Source: Stylophora pistillata
Lineage: Eukaryota
Assembly: GCF_002571385.2 (NCBI RefSeq)
Contig: NW_019217867.1
Span: 465,108 to 529,107, forward strand
DNA length: 64,000 nucleotides
Direction: 5' to 3'
Part shown: piece by piece, positions 62,464 through 64,000 of the stretch
How the letters are laid out: the number at the start of each line of letters is the position of its first letter
Position numbering within the stretch: position 1 is the stretch's first letter
Translations under genes and position numbers: made by a program
Notes under the pieces: generated by a model
The model's database searches: none
What the model was told of the DNA's origin: nothing
What the model saw: the letters and a program-made list of their open reading frames with translations, nothing else

Positions 62464-63125
62464 NNNNNNNNNNNNNNNNNNNNNNNNNNNNNNNNNNNNN
62501 NNNNNNNNNNNNNNNNNNNNNNNNNNNNNNNNNNNNNNNNNNNNNNNNNNNNNNNNNNNNNNNNNNNNNNNNNNNNNNNNNNNNNNNNNNNNNNNNNNNN
62601 NNNNNNNNNNNNNNNNNATACTATGACGCCTTTAAGTTTTATATCATGATTGTTTTTTGTTCTTGTTGTTGTTACTTTTTGTGAATATTAGTTTCCCGCC
62701 TACAATAATGATTACGGGAATGGTATGGGATAAATCAAGTGTTAACTGCTCGGTTACTAAGCTTTTCAAGATGGCGGATGGGATCTAAACATGCTCGAAA
62801 ATGTGGTTTCAAACTTTGAAGACGAGGCATTCTGTTCGTTCATTTTCCACGGAAAATAGTCAAGGGATAGTGTTAGGACTGGAATACACAGACCGGAAAA
62901 CAGAAATCCATGCCTTGAAGGTAACACAACTAAGCCGACATTTGTCAAATCGAACTATTACTAAAACTAGATCAGGTTGAAGTGTTTGCTGTTTTAAATT
63001 GTTTTAAATTGTGGATACGCTGTAGGAGAGCTCTTAGTTACACACACGGTTTCAGGGAAACCAGATAAAACACATTTTCAGAGAAACCAGTATATGCGCA
63101 GTTTTATATCCTGTCACTTCATGTT

Positions 63126-63506
63126 ATGTATCTACAGAAAGAAACACCACCTTTATTACTAGAGGAAGGAGTGAGTACGGTATTTGTTACTCATGAAAAT
63201 GGAGGGATGTCTTTGTTGGGGATATCTCATTCTGCTAAGGGAAAGTCATGCATGGAGATCAGAGCTTGGGATGTCATGAGCTCACTTGGATTTACCGCAA
63301 AGGAGATTGTGATACAAGACCTTGTGAAGAATGCATTCAATGATGGCAAATTTAAGTATGTAGACACACTGATCATGATTAACGTTACGAGAGATTTTGA
63401 GCCGATGCTGAAGGAGGGCAAAGCCCAATGCACTGCTGTAAATGGGAGAACCGAACCTATGGAAATCAGTTCTATTTATGGACTCCATCTCCCCTCCAGC
63501 ACTTAG
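63126..63506 (+). CDS. Unidentified 126-aa ORF / possible terminal exon
   Basis: Protein-like composition, a possible acceptor tctacag at ~63138 and a stop at 63506. No family recognised and no upstream exon identified. Confidence 0.3.
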   Translation: MYLQKETPPLLLEEGVSTVFVTHENGGMSLLGISHSAKGKSCMEIRAWDVMSSLGFTAKEIVIQDLVKNAFNDGKFKYVDTLIMINVTRDFEPMLKEGKAQCTAVNGRTEPMEISSIYGLHLPSST

Positions 63507-64000
63507 TCCTTTATCTCCCTTTGAGCCCCCTCACCTCCAGTTTTCTTTATGCGGCCTGCATTTACATTTACACAGTAAAATTTCCTATCTTGTCTCATCA
63601 AATTGATTGGAAGCATCTAAGTTGTTTCCAGGTAGCAGAGTAAAACTCATCTGGGAAATGCTGTTCCCATTGTTAAAATATTATAACATCAACCAGGTTG
63701 TATAATTTGTATAATTGGCACCATTGGTCTTCTTCAGTATGCCAACATTTAACTGTTTTGTGATATGTATAACATGCAGTGTATGAATGAAGGTATCTTC
63801 TATCTTTATTGATTATCTTTAGAGCTGTTTTAAATCTCCCAGAGAGCTCAGGAACACACCTCTCTCTAAAGATGGCAGCTCTGAAGGAGTATGTGTCAGT
63901 GGCTGTGTCATCAGGGTTGATATTTTTATGGAGATGTAGAAAGGTACATGTATAGTATTATCTAATAAGTTATTATGTAGCACATTGACCTTGCCAATAT

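Overview
AT-rich, intron-rich animal genomic DNA with three N gaps. A cnidarian, most likely a stony coral, is inferred from gene content and repeat types; this cannot be proven from the window. All exon models were spliced by hand. Main contents: (1) a 9-exon STARD7-like START-domain gene on + (2949-10813), whose likely original start codon (2856) is separated from the ORF by an in-frame TGA. (2) One giant ~59-exon gene on - (60586-12078, roughly 6,500 aa by my exon sum). Its domain order is: signal peptide, complete fibrocystin-L/PKHD1L1-type ectodomain (14 IPT/TIG, PA14, 2 G8 with beta-helix, SEA-like with RRRRR site), 4 Ig-like 'QP' repeats, 7 cadherin repeats, ~3 BIG-like domains, cohesin, dockerin, an unrecognised domain, SEA (GSIL), TM, and a Ser-rich tail with PPxY, a beta-grasp-like domain, a MYND zinc finger and a PDZ-type C-terminus. 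(3) A small antisense dermatopontin/amebocyte-aggregation-factor-like gene or pseudogene nested in intron 5 of the giant gene. (4) Many MITE-like elements, a tRNA-derived SINE and minisatellites. The most notable system is the giant receptor, which joins a whole fibrocystin-L to a coherin-type cadherin carrying a cellulosome-style cohesin-dockerin pair outside the cell and a MYND finger inside.
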